Origin: Vairimorpha necatrix
Taxonomy: Eukaryota
Assembly (NCBI GenBank): GCA_036630325.1
Contig: CP142732.1
Location: 62,001 to 126,000 of the forward strand
DNA length: 64,000 nt
Direction: 5' to 3'
This document shows positions 26,150 to 39,500 of the stretch, piece after piece. Made by a program: the position numbers and the translations under genes. The first letter of the stretch is position 1. The number at the start of each line of letters is the position of its first letter. A model generated the notes under the pieces. It ran no database searches. It saw only the letters and a program-made list of their open reading frames with translations, and was not told the origin of the DNA.

Positions 26150-27410
26150 TATAACTCGACAAGACCGCTTTACGACAAAATTGACATAAGGACGTACCAT
26201 GGAAATTTGATTCAAACAATGTTAGAGGTTTGATAAGCATTATAAACTCTTCTACTTAGCTGTTTAAAGGAAACAACCAGGCTTGATTCGAAGCAATTTA
26301 CAACTTTCTACAGGATAAAAATATTTTCTTTGGACAGGAAAGACGACTTCCTCATTGTAAATCTCATAGGAAGATCGGTCATTTAGCTACCAAGTGCGAT
26401 CGAATGTTAAGTTTTGATTACATGAAAAGACATACAGAGGTAATAGATGCATTCATCTCTTACAGTGTATTAAATGAAGGGTTTAAGAAGACAAAGAAAA
26501 TACGTGGACACTCGGTACAAGAGATCATGGAAAATGATACTGCGGAAATAATTGTAGGTACGAGAATTTCCACCAATATAATGTAACGCATATTAAGCCT
26601 GATATTCTTGTGTTTGACAAGAAGAAGAAAGAAGTTTAATATAATAAAGTTGGCATGGCCAAGAGGATTGACTTACTATAGTCGTGAATGAAAAATTAAG
26701 AAAATATAACCTTCTTGCAAATGAACTGGGACTAATACGTAAATCCCGGACAAAAATAGTTCCTTATGTAATGACATAAGATGGTGGTGACCAAATAATA
26801 CAGAAAGTACACCGAGAGTTATAATTTAATCATACCTTGAAGCATACATCAATTCTATTATGCTGAAGAAAACTCTAGAGTCCAGATCTTTGGAACGACG
26901 ATACGGATACAACCCAGAGGATGCAAGGTAGAAAGAAGTGGCTAGAGACGTAAGCGCACTAGCGATATGGCGACTGTTAAAGAGGCGGTGTGTGCAAAGA
27001 GAAATCAAGCTGAAAATTCGGAGTTGAAAAACATAAATAATTCCACAGAAACCATAGTCTGTGAAGATCCAAATCACACGAGCGATACAACGAAAGCGGA
27101 TTTAAACTTTTACAAATGGATGATAAAAAAAACTCAATAATTCTTTTTGTGTTTTCCCTCCAAATGAATTTTGTAGAATTAATTTCCTATAATAATTTCT
27201 TTTTCTTTTACGCAACGAAAATGCAGAGGAGTACACAAACAGCACAATCAATGCTGTATCCCCAGAGGATGGAAAATAATGCCCACATAGGCAATTAAAA
27301 TATATACAATTCAATTTTTAACGACTCTAGCACCCAGGAGAAGCATCATAGAATGCTATCTAAGAAATGACTACGCTCGGGCAAAGCCTCAAATTAGTAT
27401 TTGTTATTAT
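26150..27410 (+). mobile_element. 3' portion of an R4/Dong-like non-LTR retrotransposon, degenerate
   Basis: Zinc-finger remnant PHCK..HLATKCDRMLSFDYMKRHTEV; KPDILVFDKKKKE; KLRKYNLLANELG..IVPYVMT. Boundaries approximate. Confidence 0.8.
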
Positions 27411-27649
27411 AAGCAGTATCTAGGTTAGGTTTTTTTAGTATATTGTTACCGGATATATTAGATCTGCTTGTTACGAGATTTAAGTGCCTACATTAACATT
27501 ATTGTTTATTGTTTGAATAATTTAAAAGACCGCCGTATAAACAAAAAAAAAAACAAAAGTATTTAAGGAAGACTCATAAAATACAATGCCAATTTAAAAG
27601 TTCTACTTCTAAAATCAAATCTGCACTGCCACCGGCTCTTTCTCTGGTA

Positions 27650-27655
<6 letters not shown>

Positions 27656-27682
<27 letters not shown>
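27656..27682. repeat. (TA)n microsatellite
   Basis: Seen directly; a second (TA)n tract lies at about 31460-31482. Confidence 0.9.
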
Positions 27683-27686
<4 letters not shown>

Positions 27687-28483
27687 TTTGGTCTTTTTTA
27701 ATATTTCATTTATTTTTAAGGTCAAGCAATAATGTAATATTAATATTTATACTTTTTGTCTATTTTTACATTCTATAAAACATCAATTTTATATGATATA
27801 TTATATTTTCCATAGCAAAAGTAAAATATCATATATAATAAATGGAAATTTTAAAGAAATATCGTTTGAAAAGCGTAATATCGTTATATGATATTGTTTT
27901 TATAGAGATATTTAAGACTTATCCTTATTATACTTTAGCATGTATAACAAATAGAAGTCTTGATCAATAAGCGAAAGAAGAATAATTAAAAAAAATATAA
28001 ACCCCCTAATTTATTTTTTTTGATTATGCTATTTTATTACAACTTTATCGTTTTGATTTTTGCTTCTCCACATTTTTTCCGCTTCGACTTTAAAAAAAAG
28101 GGCGCAAAAATATTTTTTATTGGTAAGGGGCTGGACTAAAGTGAAAATGCTTCATATAATTTAGAATGTTAATTATTGTTGAAATTGATAAATTTATATT
28201 TGATTATTACAAATTTTGATAATTTAAAATATTTAATTTAATATTAGAATTTTTTGAAATCTGAAAAATATAAAAAACTAAAGATCTTACATTTATACCT
28301 GTATAGTTACAGTTAAAAGATAAAGAGTATATTAAATAGAGAGATATAGTAAAAGTAGTGTTATAAGTAATTGTAAGGGGCATTTTTTGCAAATAATACA
28401 TTTAATATGCTCAAATATTACTAAATACAAATATTAACAGATTCAAATATAATAATATAAAAGTAGTAATTACATAATTTTTT

Positions 28484-29781
28484 GGAGCATTTGCACTTTA
28501 GTCCCCCTCTTACCAATCTAAATAAAGAATTTTTTATTTTTAGCCCCGATTTTCGAAAGTCAAATCGAAAAAAACGATAAGGAGAAAAACTCGAAATAAA
28601 AAAGTCTCACTAAAAAACATTACACAAAAATATAATAACTCAAAAACATTTATTTTGTCTCTAGACATTCATATTTGGCGTTTATAGCTTCAAAAGCTTT
28701 ATATTAGAACAAAAAAATTAGTTTATCAAAAAAGCTTATCATAATTAAAAAAAAAGTGATAAATTGAATTTGTTACAATTTTGAAAGTGAAAATATTTGA
28801 CGTAATTTGCTTGTATATTTCTATTTAAATATTTAGCAATTGTCCCCTCTTATGCTGAATAACGACGAAATTATCGATGTATACAAAGTAATAAAATATA
28901 AACTACTTCAAATACCATGTAGTAAATGTTTGTATACAGTAAAACTTAGAATAAACAAGCAAAATGTTGTGAGATGGATTAACAAAAAAGCCAAAAAGAA
29001 AATTATCTTTTCGCAAATTCCGTCTTTGTAAAAACTCACTTGGATCACATCTTAATGTTAAAGATCCTAAACCTTTTGATGACAAAAATTTTGCCAACTC
29101 ATATCGCAAAGTTGTTATACATGCATTCCTATGCTGTTACTAGATGACTTAAGGAATTCAATTAAAATCAAGCTTTTTTCAAATACATGGAAGAAAAAAC
29201 GACTTCAATAAGTGGTATGGATATAGTAGTCGAAATTGATGAATGCAAATTTGGTAAGCGTAATTTAACGTAGGCCATAAAGTTGAAAAGGTCTGGAGTT
29301 TGCAATGGTTAAAAAGACACAAAAAAGGAAAATAATTTTTTCTTCCTGTTCTAAATAGATCGAAAGAACTATTAAAAAAGTTAATAATGTTATATATTAA
29401 TAAGGACTCCACACTGCATTCTAAATTGGAAAAGATACACTAAAATGGAAGAGTACATCAAGAAACATGCTACTGTTAGTCATAGCAAATATTTTAAAGA
29501 CTCTTTAACTAAGGTACACACTATTACAATAGAAAGAAATTGGGCAGCAATTAAACATCAAACTCCTGTAAGATGTAGGACTAAAAATCTAATCTTGCCA
29601 TATTTGTTGAGATATATGCTTTTAAGAAATTATAATAATAATAATTTTTTATCATATTTAATAAATTATTAATATTTTTGCTTTATCCTTCTCGTTTTTT
29701 TCGTTTTGACTTTCGAAAATCAGGGCTAAAATTAAAATTTTGTATTTATATATGTAGGGAGGCGTAAAGTGGGAATTGACC
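28484..29781 (+). mobile_element. Degenerate Merlin DNA transposon
   Basis: About 100-bp imperfect TIRs sharing GATTTTCGAAAGTCAAA / TTTGACTTTCGAAAATC; VVEIDECKFGKR (about 29225) and HATVSHS..VHTITIERNWAAIK. A related TIR fragment lies at about 28060-28153. Confidence 0.85.
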
Positions 29782-30008
29782 TAAATTTGTAATTAAACAG
29801 CAATTATTTGATAATGATTATTGATTTTTTGTTTATTGTTCTTTTTTAATTTATCATCTTTACAGACAAAAACTACAAAGATTTTATCAGCGACGAGTCA
29901 TAAAAACTGCTAAAACATTAAATTAATATAGTTCTGAAGAATGATATTTTGTTGTATTACAATCAGGAGATATTAAATATCTTTAAATTAAAAATTTATT
30001 TTACCCCA

Positions 30009-31431
30009 ATGATGTATTTAATTCCAACGTCGATCATTATACAATTAATGCTATTAGTATTTATTCCTATAGAGGCAACTAAAGTTGATAAAATGAAATG
30101 TAAAACTATACTAGACAATAATTTATTCTTTAGAAAATAATATTGAAAGTGATACCTATAAATATAAAGAAATAGCAAAAATTTTATTCGCAGCTGTTTT
30201 GGAAAAAATCAAATTCCCTTACAAAAAACGTTATCTGTCAAGTTTGAATCTGAAGCTGGAATATGCAGTTGAACTGGAAGATATGAAGGTCAATAAATAC
30301 ATTGAAGGTCTAGAAAATTTGATCGATATTTCAAATTATGCGCCGAGTAAAGAAAGATTAGTTCTAAAATTGCATTTAGAAATTTCAAAGCATACTAAAC
30401 TCTTATTTCAAACCTTGTTATGTATAAATTATAAAACGGGAAAACTCGAACTTCCTAAAGTTAAAAATATTCTTGATAAACATGTGGAAATAATGTCTGA
30501 TGCAACGAATCCTTATTTTAAACAGATTTTTAGTAAAGATGCTCTGAAACGCATCATTGATGATATATACGATACCACTGGTTATGAGAGTAAATATACT
30601 ACCGAAATGAGAAAAGTGAATGATTCTATGAATGGTGATATTAATATTGCTATGGGCCAAATTACGCATAATATGAAAGATAATGTAAATAATGTACAAT
30701 TAATATATAACAATAGTTATAAAGAAGATATTAGCGATAAGGAAAACCACGTTATTGATGACAGTGAAGAAATGTATAATAATGCTGGTGAAGACATTAG
30801 TGATGAGGGAGAACCCAATAACGATGACAGAAAAGAAATTAATAATAAGCCCGATAAAGACATTAGTGACGGGAAAGAAACCGATTCTAATGACAGTGAA
30901 GAAATTGATGATGATTCTGAAGAAGATATTAGTGATGAAAAGTTTAAGGTGAGCACTCAAGAAAGTAGCAACAGTATGAAGGATAATAAGACTTTTATTG
31001 AGAATGAAAAATTTTTGATAAAGCAAGAAAATGAGAGTCCTAGCAGTGTAGAAAATAAAATTGACGTGCATCAGAATGTTAGTTTAAACGGGCATGACAA
31101 TAGTTATAATAAAGAACCTGATAATAATAGTAATGAAGAAGATATTAGTACTGAAAAGTTAAATATGAACGCTCCTGAAGGTAACAACAATATGGTGGAT
31201 AATACTAATTTTATCAATGAAGATCATATGGACAAACAAGAAGAGGAAGAAGAGAGAATTAGTCGTCTAGAAAAGCATTTAAACATGTTTCGAAAGGCTA
31301 GTTCGAATATACATAACGATGTCAATAATTCAGCCATAACGTTTGAAAGTAATTCAAGTTCTATGCTTATTTCAGGTATTGCTTCACTATTAGTAGCTCA
31401 TCAGTTAGGTAATAATTATCTTTTGAATTAA
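30009..31431 (+). pseudogene. Putative secreted/surface protein with acidic repeats; one frameshift at about 30115-30138; paralog of 53043-53855
   Basis: TACCCCAATG start with signal-peptide-like MMYLIPTSIIIQLMLLVFIPIEA in one frame; the 410-aa ORF is in another frame that is open from about 30115; hydrophobic C-terminal tail. Confidence 0.75.
30710..30940 (+). repeat. Intragenic 66-bp (22-aa) tandem repeat, about 4 units
   Basis: GAYATTAGYGAY (DISD) at 30727, 30793, 30859 and 30925; a related unit at 31141. Confidence 0.85.
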
Positions 31432-34400
31432 AAATAAATAAATGTTTATTTTTTTTATTTATATATATATATATATATATATGCATTTTTTCGTCTTCTA
31501 ATTAAGCAAAATTTATATTAGTTAAATCACATTATTTAGAAAAAAAACATTCTCATATCATTAATAAAATAAATAAGTATTGTGTTTGGATGTAATAAAA
31601 TAAACACTTCTTTTGCAAATGCCATTCATGTGTTACAAACGCATGTATTTCGTGTCAAATGCAACCAATTGATCTCTAGGAAAAATAAGAAAGCTTGTTT
31701 GACTCTAAGTTTATTTTGACTTTTTGCAAATTGTATAGTTTTCGAAGAGCATATACTTACAATACTAATAGACCTAGTTTATTTAATATAGCAATTTTTT
31801 TTATTACATTTTCCTCAAAATTATGCACTTTTTCTTTAGTATCAGCTTTGAGTTCTTCTGACGAGCTTTTAAATTGTTTCGAGTAGCATTTCAAATCAAT
31901 ATCAATTACATATCATCTGACACACTTAAGCTTTACAAAAAACCTTGAATGAACTTATATGTATTCTTGCCTTCATTTTAGATTCCAATAGATAGTCTTT
32001 ATCATGCGCTTAACTGTTATTTTGTTTAATTTTACCTGTAAAATGTGTGTATTTTACATAGAACAGATAAATAATACTATGAAAAGTATTTTAATACGGA
32101 AATTACATTAATTAAACTCAAAGTAGCAATTCAGAAGCTTCTTAGTTCATAGTTATTTGCTACATAGTCTAATAATCATCTACAAAGTCAATTCTCTGGC
32201 GATCTCAGTAAAAAAAATTTGATTTCTAGCTGTAATATGTGTGCACAATTTGTCTGTATGTTGTATCTTACAATCACAAAGGATGTTTTACGTAAAATGT
32301 CGTAGATAATTTACTGCATGTAAATTGTAGTGTTGTCGACATGTCAGAATTAATTAAATAATGTAATAATTAAACTTTAAAAAGAATTAATAACAATACA
32401 TATTGTTATGTTGGGACCTTATAGTGATCAAAAGGGTTATTACTCTAGAAAATAGATACTTTATTGTGTTAATTCACATGTCGAACAAATAGTTATAAGT
32501 TACAACTAAATAAATACCATTAACTTTATTTGTAAACATATTTACATGTTATTGTCGATATTTAATTGTTTATTAGTTTTCATCTCCTTTCCATCCATGT
32601 TGCTTGGGGGTAAAATGCAAAAGTTATAAATATTGTCTTTTTTATCATAATGTGGGTAAAAATTATGCAAATATATCACATCCCCCCTCAAGACGGCAAG
32701 TCTCATCCAATTTTCACATCTATCCCAATCATACTCTTCAGATCAAAATGTCTCTTCTTCACAAGCCTACCATTACTAAGTTTTACTTATAAGAATCTTT
32801 TCCACATTTTTCCCTGTATCCAAAAATATTGCTTTCTCATACACAAACTCTTGCCAAATTTTCTCGTTTGGCTAAACTTAACAAGTGACTGTCAAAAAAG
32901 TTTTCGATTTTTCCTTTTTAAAACCTATTGCAATATTCTATAGGGCTATTTTCAAGCATTACGTCTCCCGTATTATCTTCAGGCGCTTTTATTGGTGTAC
33001 ATTTTATTCCTGTATGATAGCTCTGATTATATATATCGATACTTTTATACACTTTACCTTCAAAAGTTTCCGGTTCGACTTTAAAATATTTTCACTCACA
33101 GTTCCTATAACACACTCTACTCCTTCATTACTTCTATGCGCTTCTATACTTACTTGTCGATGTATTATATCCAGATCTCTACACAAATTTCTGGATTCCA
33201 CGTTAATAAACTCTTTATCGTTATCTGTAATAATTTCTTCCGGCTTCTTCCTTAGCTCACATAATTTTTTTAAAAATCCAACAACATTATTACTTGACTT
33301 GTTTTTTACAACTACTCCCCATATTCTTCGTGTAAAATAATCGATAGCAACTAAAACATATTTCTTCTCATTTCTAAAGTCTATCAAATAAAATGCAACC
33401 TTCTCTAGATATCTCGACGTATTTTAAATTCTCAACCACCCATATTTATTCTGTTATATATCTGGCTTTTCTGACACTGTTTTAATGTCGTTTATTTCTT
33501 TCTTTACTCCTGGCCAATAGTATTCTTCTTTCATTGCAAAATAAACACTTGCCATACATCTTTGGCCTACTTTTTCGTGATATGCTTGGATTAAAGTCTT
33601 CTAATATTCTCCAGTGGTATTTCAACTTTACGTCCTGAATCAAATTTCCAATATTGCTTTCCATTCTCGGTTGAAACATGTGCCTTCATTTACCTTCTGT
33701 TTGCTTGATTGTTGACTCTTTATTTTCCATTTGTTTAATATCCTCTTCCATATTTATTCGATTCAACATATCTGCTACCCCCATCTCATCAGGTTTTTTA
33801 TACACAAAACTAAACTCATATTCCTGTATCTTCTCGATTACGCGATTTATTCTGTTATTGTTAAAAAACGGGTTGTTTCTTATCTCCACCAGTGCTTTTT
33901 GATCCGTTTCTATCTTGAATTTCCTACCTCTTAACTCGTATTTAAACTTATCAATGCCCCAATATATCGCAAGCATGTCCATTTTTGATATACAATATCT
34001 TACTTCTGTTAGTGTCAGCTTTTTAGATGCCCATTGTATAGCAACCCATTCTTCATTCTTATTCTTCTGAAGTAACACCATACCTAATTCATGTTGCTAG
34101 CATCTGTGCTCAGGATGAACTCTTATTATAGTCCGGCACTCTTAGTCTTCCCATAATTCGTTACTTACTTTTCATTTCAGTAAATTCCTCTTTCATCTCT
34201 TCCGTCCATTTCCACGAATTGCCATTTTCCTATAAACTATCCTAATTTTCAACTTCAATCTGGCATAATCTTTAAAAATGATCTACACTCTTCAATAATC
34301 CCAGAAACCCTCTCAATTCCGTCAAAGTTTTTGATTCTGAATACTCCAAGGCTTCATTTTTTTTTATTCGTCGGCCGTCATGTTTGTTCCTTTCAACGTC

Positions 34401-34662
34401 ACACCTGATAATTTTACTCTCGGCCGTCTAAACTGTATTTTTCCACTATTTAATTTCATTTTATTTCTTCTAATTCTTTCTAAAACTAGTATATCGTGTT
34501 TACGTTTATTGTTGGCATGTATTACTATATCGTCCATGTATACCTCCACACCATTTCCTCGCAAATCCTCAAAAATCTTATTTATCGTTCGCTGTAGTAT
34601 CTGTGGGTAATTTTTGTATCCCATCACCATACTATTCCCTTCGTAAACTTTTTTATTAAATT

Positions 34663-34966
34663 TGACGCAATCCAGAGGAGCTACCTCTGGACAAATATAG
34701 TTCTATTAAATTATACGTTTTATTTGATTGATTAAAGCCTCGTTGGGCATCCGTAATGGGATACTGGTCCCTGGCTCTGAGGCCCTTCCTTGGTCGTGGA
34801 TTCCAAGGGTACTGATCTTTGTCTTGTCTCATAATTTTTGTGGGGATCAGGGCAAAAAGGAAATAAATATTAGATTTTTGGAATAGACCGGTCGAATGGT
34901 CTATTTTCCAAAAAGGGAAAATTGATAAAATAAAAATAAATAATTTGTGGTATTTATAATACCACA
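34663..34966 (-). repeat. Solo LTR (304 bp), hairpin/Gag-in-LTR type, inserted in the RT of element E
   Basis: Perfect TSD AAATT (34658-34662, 34967-34971); removing it restores TAFEFNKKVYEGNSMVMG; starts TGTGGTATTATAAATACCACA and ends TGCGTCA. Confidence 0.9.
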
Positions 34967-36580
34967 AAATTCAAACGCCGTCTTATGTTTATCTTTTTCT
35001 TCGATTTCAAAATGGTAAAATGCTTTTTGCAAACAAAAACAGTAAATATTATCGACCCCTGCGTAGCTCTAATTATTTCTCTCATATTCGTTAGCTCATA
35101 CGGGTCTTTCTCGACTAAACCATTCAATCCTATAAAGTTACTAACAACTCTTACTTCACCACTTGGTTTAAGTATCGCTCTTATTGTATTTATATTCCGA
35201 TGACAATCTTTTTATAATCTTTTAATTTTCTTAATCATTAATATATTCTTCTGTCTGTTTGATTAAAGCCTGTGGGATCGTCTGTCCCTTTGAGACTATT
35301 TTCTTACTCTCTGGAGTATCTATTTTACACTTCTCTAATGTACAATAATCTAAACCCTCATCTCCTTGCTTAAAAACTTCTATAAATTTCGCTTTGGGGT
35401 TTCCCGTAAATTCTCTCTTAAGTAATCTTCTTTTCGTCTCTTTATTGCACGCATATATTCTTTCTATCCTTCTATCACTATTACTACATTCCTTTAACTT
35501 AACTCTTTTTGTCTTTCCACTTGGTTTATATCCTAATTATCTTCACTGCTACTACAACTTTGACTTTCGTCTAACTCTGAATGCGATTTCAAATTTTTAT
35601 CATTTTCTGATTATTGTTTCTTTTTACATAGCAGTTCCTAGCGAAATTTCCCACAATTATAACAATTCCTATTCCTTCTTATTTCTTGTACTGTATTCCT
35701 CAAAACTAAATCTTTCTTTTGCATTTCTTTTCTCACAGGTTCTCTAACATTCTCAGTTATAGCCTCCATAAATTCTCTCATATTTTCTTCTTCTTTTTTG
35801 TGTCTTTCTTCTCTACACATTTCCTCCTATAATTTCTCAGTTATTTTGTCAATATTTGTCCTCTTTACTGATTCTTTCTACAATAAAATTTTTTATTTCT
35901 TCGTTTACTTCCATTAATACCCTTGCGGCTGAAGATGCCCAAACACCCCCCCCCCCTCAGAGGGTGTTCACTTTATTTTTTCGAACCCCAAAATTGAAGT
36001 GCAAAATAAAGGAGGAGCAAAAAAGAGACAAAAATTACTATGCACTTATGACATTAAAAACAAGAAATAAACATACATTTATGTACACAATTATATTTTA
36101 ATTTAAGTTTGTATATTCATATAAATTGATGAGCATTTTTTACCCTTCTGATTTATTGGAATTGGGGACCAAAACGCTCCCCTCTGAAGGTGTTCACTTT
36201 ATTATTTTGAACCCCCAAAACGAAGTGCAAAATAAAGGAGAAGCAATTATTAGCACTTAAATTACTTGCATCTTTAAACAGTAAAAATACCAAATAAATA
36301 TATATTTGTATACGAAATTTAATTTAAAAAAAGAATATAACCACAAAACTATATAATTCTAAATAACTTAACATATTTTAAATTAAATTTTTTGATTTAA
36401 CAATCTGTATGGATCGTTGAACATTTATTTAAATTTTCTTATATAAGTAATATTTATAATTTTATTTGTTGGTTTATTATGTGGTGTTTCCACCAGGGAG
36501 ATGGCCATAATGTAAATAGCATTCAAGAATGCTTCTCCCTGCATCTAAATTAGTTTTAGTAAAATGGTTTTTATTAATGC

Positions 36581-39500
36581 TGTTGGGATAAAAACATGGG
36601 TTTAATTATTATAAAATATTTAAAGAAACGACATGTCAAATATGTCAAAACAATGACACTATATATTTGACATGTGTAGCACTTCCTACACTACCCCTCC
36701 TTTAAAAGCTTAACATGATTTCGGCTTGCTGTAACAGTCTTCCCACTATCTAATAAAACTTTATATGAATGAAATTTTTTATCTACTACCACTCCCTTTT
36801 CTTCCCATTTTGGTTCGAGTTTTCCTCTAAACGGTAAAATTAAATAATACCAAACTCTATCTCCCACCTTTATGGCCTCTTTATCAACAGAATTAGCTTT
36901 TTTACCCGTGTCATATTCTTGTCTGTAAACTTCCAAGTTCTTAATCGCCTGCTTCTGAAACTCTTTCTTATCCTTTGTTAGATGCATTCCTTCTTGTATA
37001 TCTATCTTATTTGGAACTATTCCTGCTAAGAGTTCTATTGGTGCACACCCTATAGCCCTATGATATGATTGCATATAGGCTCTGACTACTTTAGGGACAC
37101 ATTTCGCCCAATCAAATTTCCCAAATTCTGTAACCTTCCTTAATTTTATGGCTATTGTCCTGTTAAACCTCTCAACAAGCCCCGTGGTTGTAGGTTTATA
37201 AGGGGAACCATATTTCCAGATGAATTTTTTGGATTTCGCATATTCCTCACAGATATTATTTTTGAATTCTTTACCATTGTCAGATAAAATTGCCTTTGGA
37301 ATACCATACTTCCTGACTATATGTTTATCTACCAGATAAATAACCGTATTCATATCTTTTGTATAAATCGGCACCACCTCTGCAATTTTCGAAAAGTGGT
37401 CAATCATTGTCAATAAAAATTTATATCCTTGCTCGCTTTCTCTCAAAGGCCCTACTATGTCTACTTCCCAAATTTCTCCTATCGTCTTTGTTACTAATGG
37501 TATAATATCTCTAAATTTTTTCTGAGGTTTTTCTTTTTGACAAATTTCACAATTATCTACATAATTTTCTATGTCTCTACTCATATTCTTCCAAGTAAAT
37601 TTTCGACCAATATTATATTGCATATTTTGTTTTGATCCATGCCCTAATAAATCATGGTAAAACTTTAATAGCACTATTGTCCTTTCTTTTTTAACTATTT
37701 TCCTTTGTATTGAACTTATTTCTGAAACTATCTCCTCCTGTTTTTTAAAATCTCTGCTTAGGTGATCTGTATGGTTTGATGGTCCTGTAATATATTCAAT
37801 GTCGAAATCATATTCTTGTAGCAGTAATGACCATCTAGCCAACCTAGCTTTTACATTCCTAGACTTAAACAAATATTTTAAAGCCTGATGATCCGTTTTT
37901 AGCGTAAATTTCCCCAATAATAAATATTCCCTGAAGTTTTGAATCGATTTTATAACTGCTAGCAATTCTTGCTCAGTAGCAGAATAGTTTTTTTCTGTCT
38001 TGGAGTGTAAAGAGCTGTAATAAGAAATAATCTTTTCTTTTCCTCCGACCATCTGAGCCAATGTTGCCCCACTTCCCTCATTCGATGCATCCGTAGTCAA
38101 TATAAATTTATCCTTTAAATTTGGAATTGTCAATAAAGCTGTTCTCTTCATAGCCTGTTTTACCTCTTCGATTGCCTTGCAGTATTTTGCATCATTCTCT
38201 GCATTTTTCCAAAAAATATCAGCGTCCTCATTCTTGAGTCTTATTATATCGAATAGTGGGCTAACCACTTTATGGCTGTTTTTAATAAATTTAGAGCAAT
38301 AATTATACAGCCCCAACAAAGATTGTAATTTCTTCTTACTTTTAGGAATTGGTAACTGTTGAATGCTCCTAACTCTTTCTTCGTCCACACTTATTCCCTC
38401 TTTTGATATTACATGACCTAAAATTTTTAATTCGGTCTTATTAAATTCGCATTTCTCCTTATTAAGTTTAAGCCCTACCGACTTGAGCTTTTCTAATACC
38501 ATTTGAACATCTCTCTTATGATCTTCTTCAGTTTTACTATAGATTAGTATATCATCCATGTATACTACAACAAACTTAAACAAAAATTCCCTCAATATAT
38601 CATTCATCACCCGCTGAAATGTAGCTGGGCCATTAACAAGTCCAAATGGCATTTTGGTAAATTCAAATAAGCCTTCTCTACAGGCAAAGGCTGTCTTCTC
38701 AATATCACAAGGCGCCATATCTATTTGGTGATAGCCCGATTCAGCATCTAATTTAGTAAAGTATGTTACGCCCTCTAAAGCGTTAATGAACTCTTCTACT
38801 CTAGGCATTGGATACGCATCTCTAATAGTCGCATCATTTAATCTTCGATAAACCAAACATAATCTATGGTCTCCATTCTTTTTAGGGACTATAATTATCG
38901 GGCTTCTCCATGCGCTTACACTTGGTCTAACTATTCCACGTTTTAGATACTCTTTCACTATTTGGGACGCAATATCCTCTTTTGCTCCCCCCAATTTGTA
39001 TAACTGAGATAGTATTGGGTTATCATGCTTTGTGATAATTTTATGATATCCTATGGCTTTTCCCTTTGCCAAAAGTCCAGATTCAATTTCCATTTTGTTA
39101 CTTCCAAATTTTAAATTTATCTTGTACATGTCGAGTAACCCCTGTCCTATAATGCAAGGAATTGTGATATCCCTAGTAATAATAAATTTATCTTCAAATA
39201 TCATTCCCTCAATTTTTATTTTAACTACTGTTTCTCCAATGATCCTTATTTTCGATCCATTGGCTGCCCTAAGCTGTTGTTTAGAACGATTAACAACGGT
39301 TTTATTTGGCAAAATCTCTGGTCTAATTAGATTTATATCAGCACCAGTATCGATGAGCGCTTTAAATTTAACTTCCGAATTATTTAGTGACGCTTCTTTG
39401 AGCGTAGTCCTATCATCCTTGACCTTTGCAACAGAGTAATTATAAATAAATTCCTTTACATCCATCTTCTTATTTTCTCCTTCTTCTTCTTGGGGTTTCT

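Noticed and set aside
30710-30940. Regularly spaced repeats as a CRISPR-like array
   Set aside because: They are degenerate in-frame 66-bp coding repeats in a eukaryotic gene, with no unique spacers or cas genes.
30418-31071. Several antisense and alternate-frame ORFs over the acidic repeat gene, and similar shadows over gag-pol genes
   Set aside because: Shadow ORFs caused by biased codons on the coding strand.
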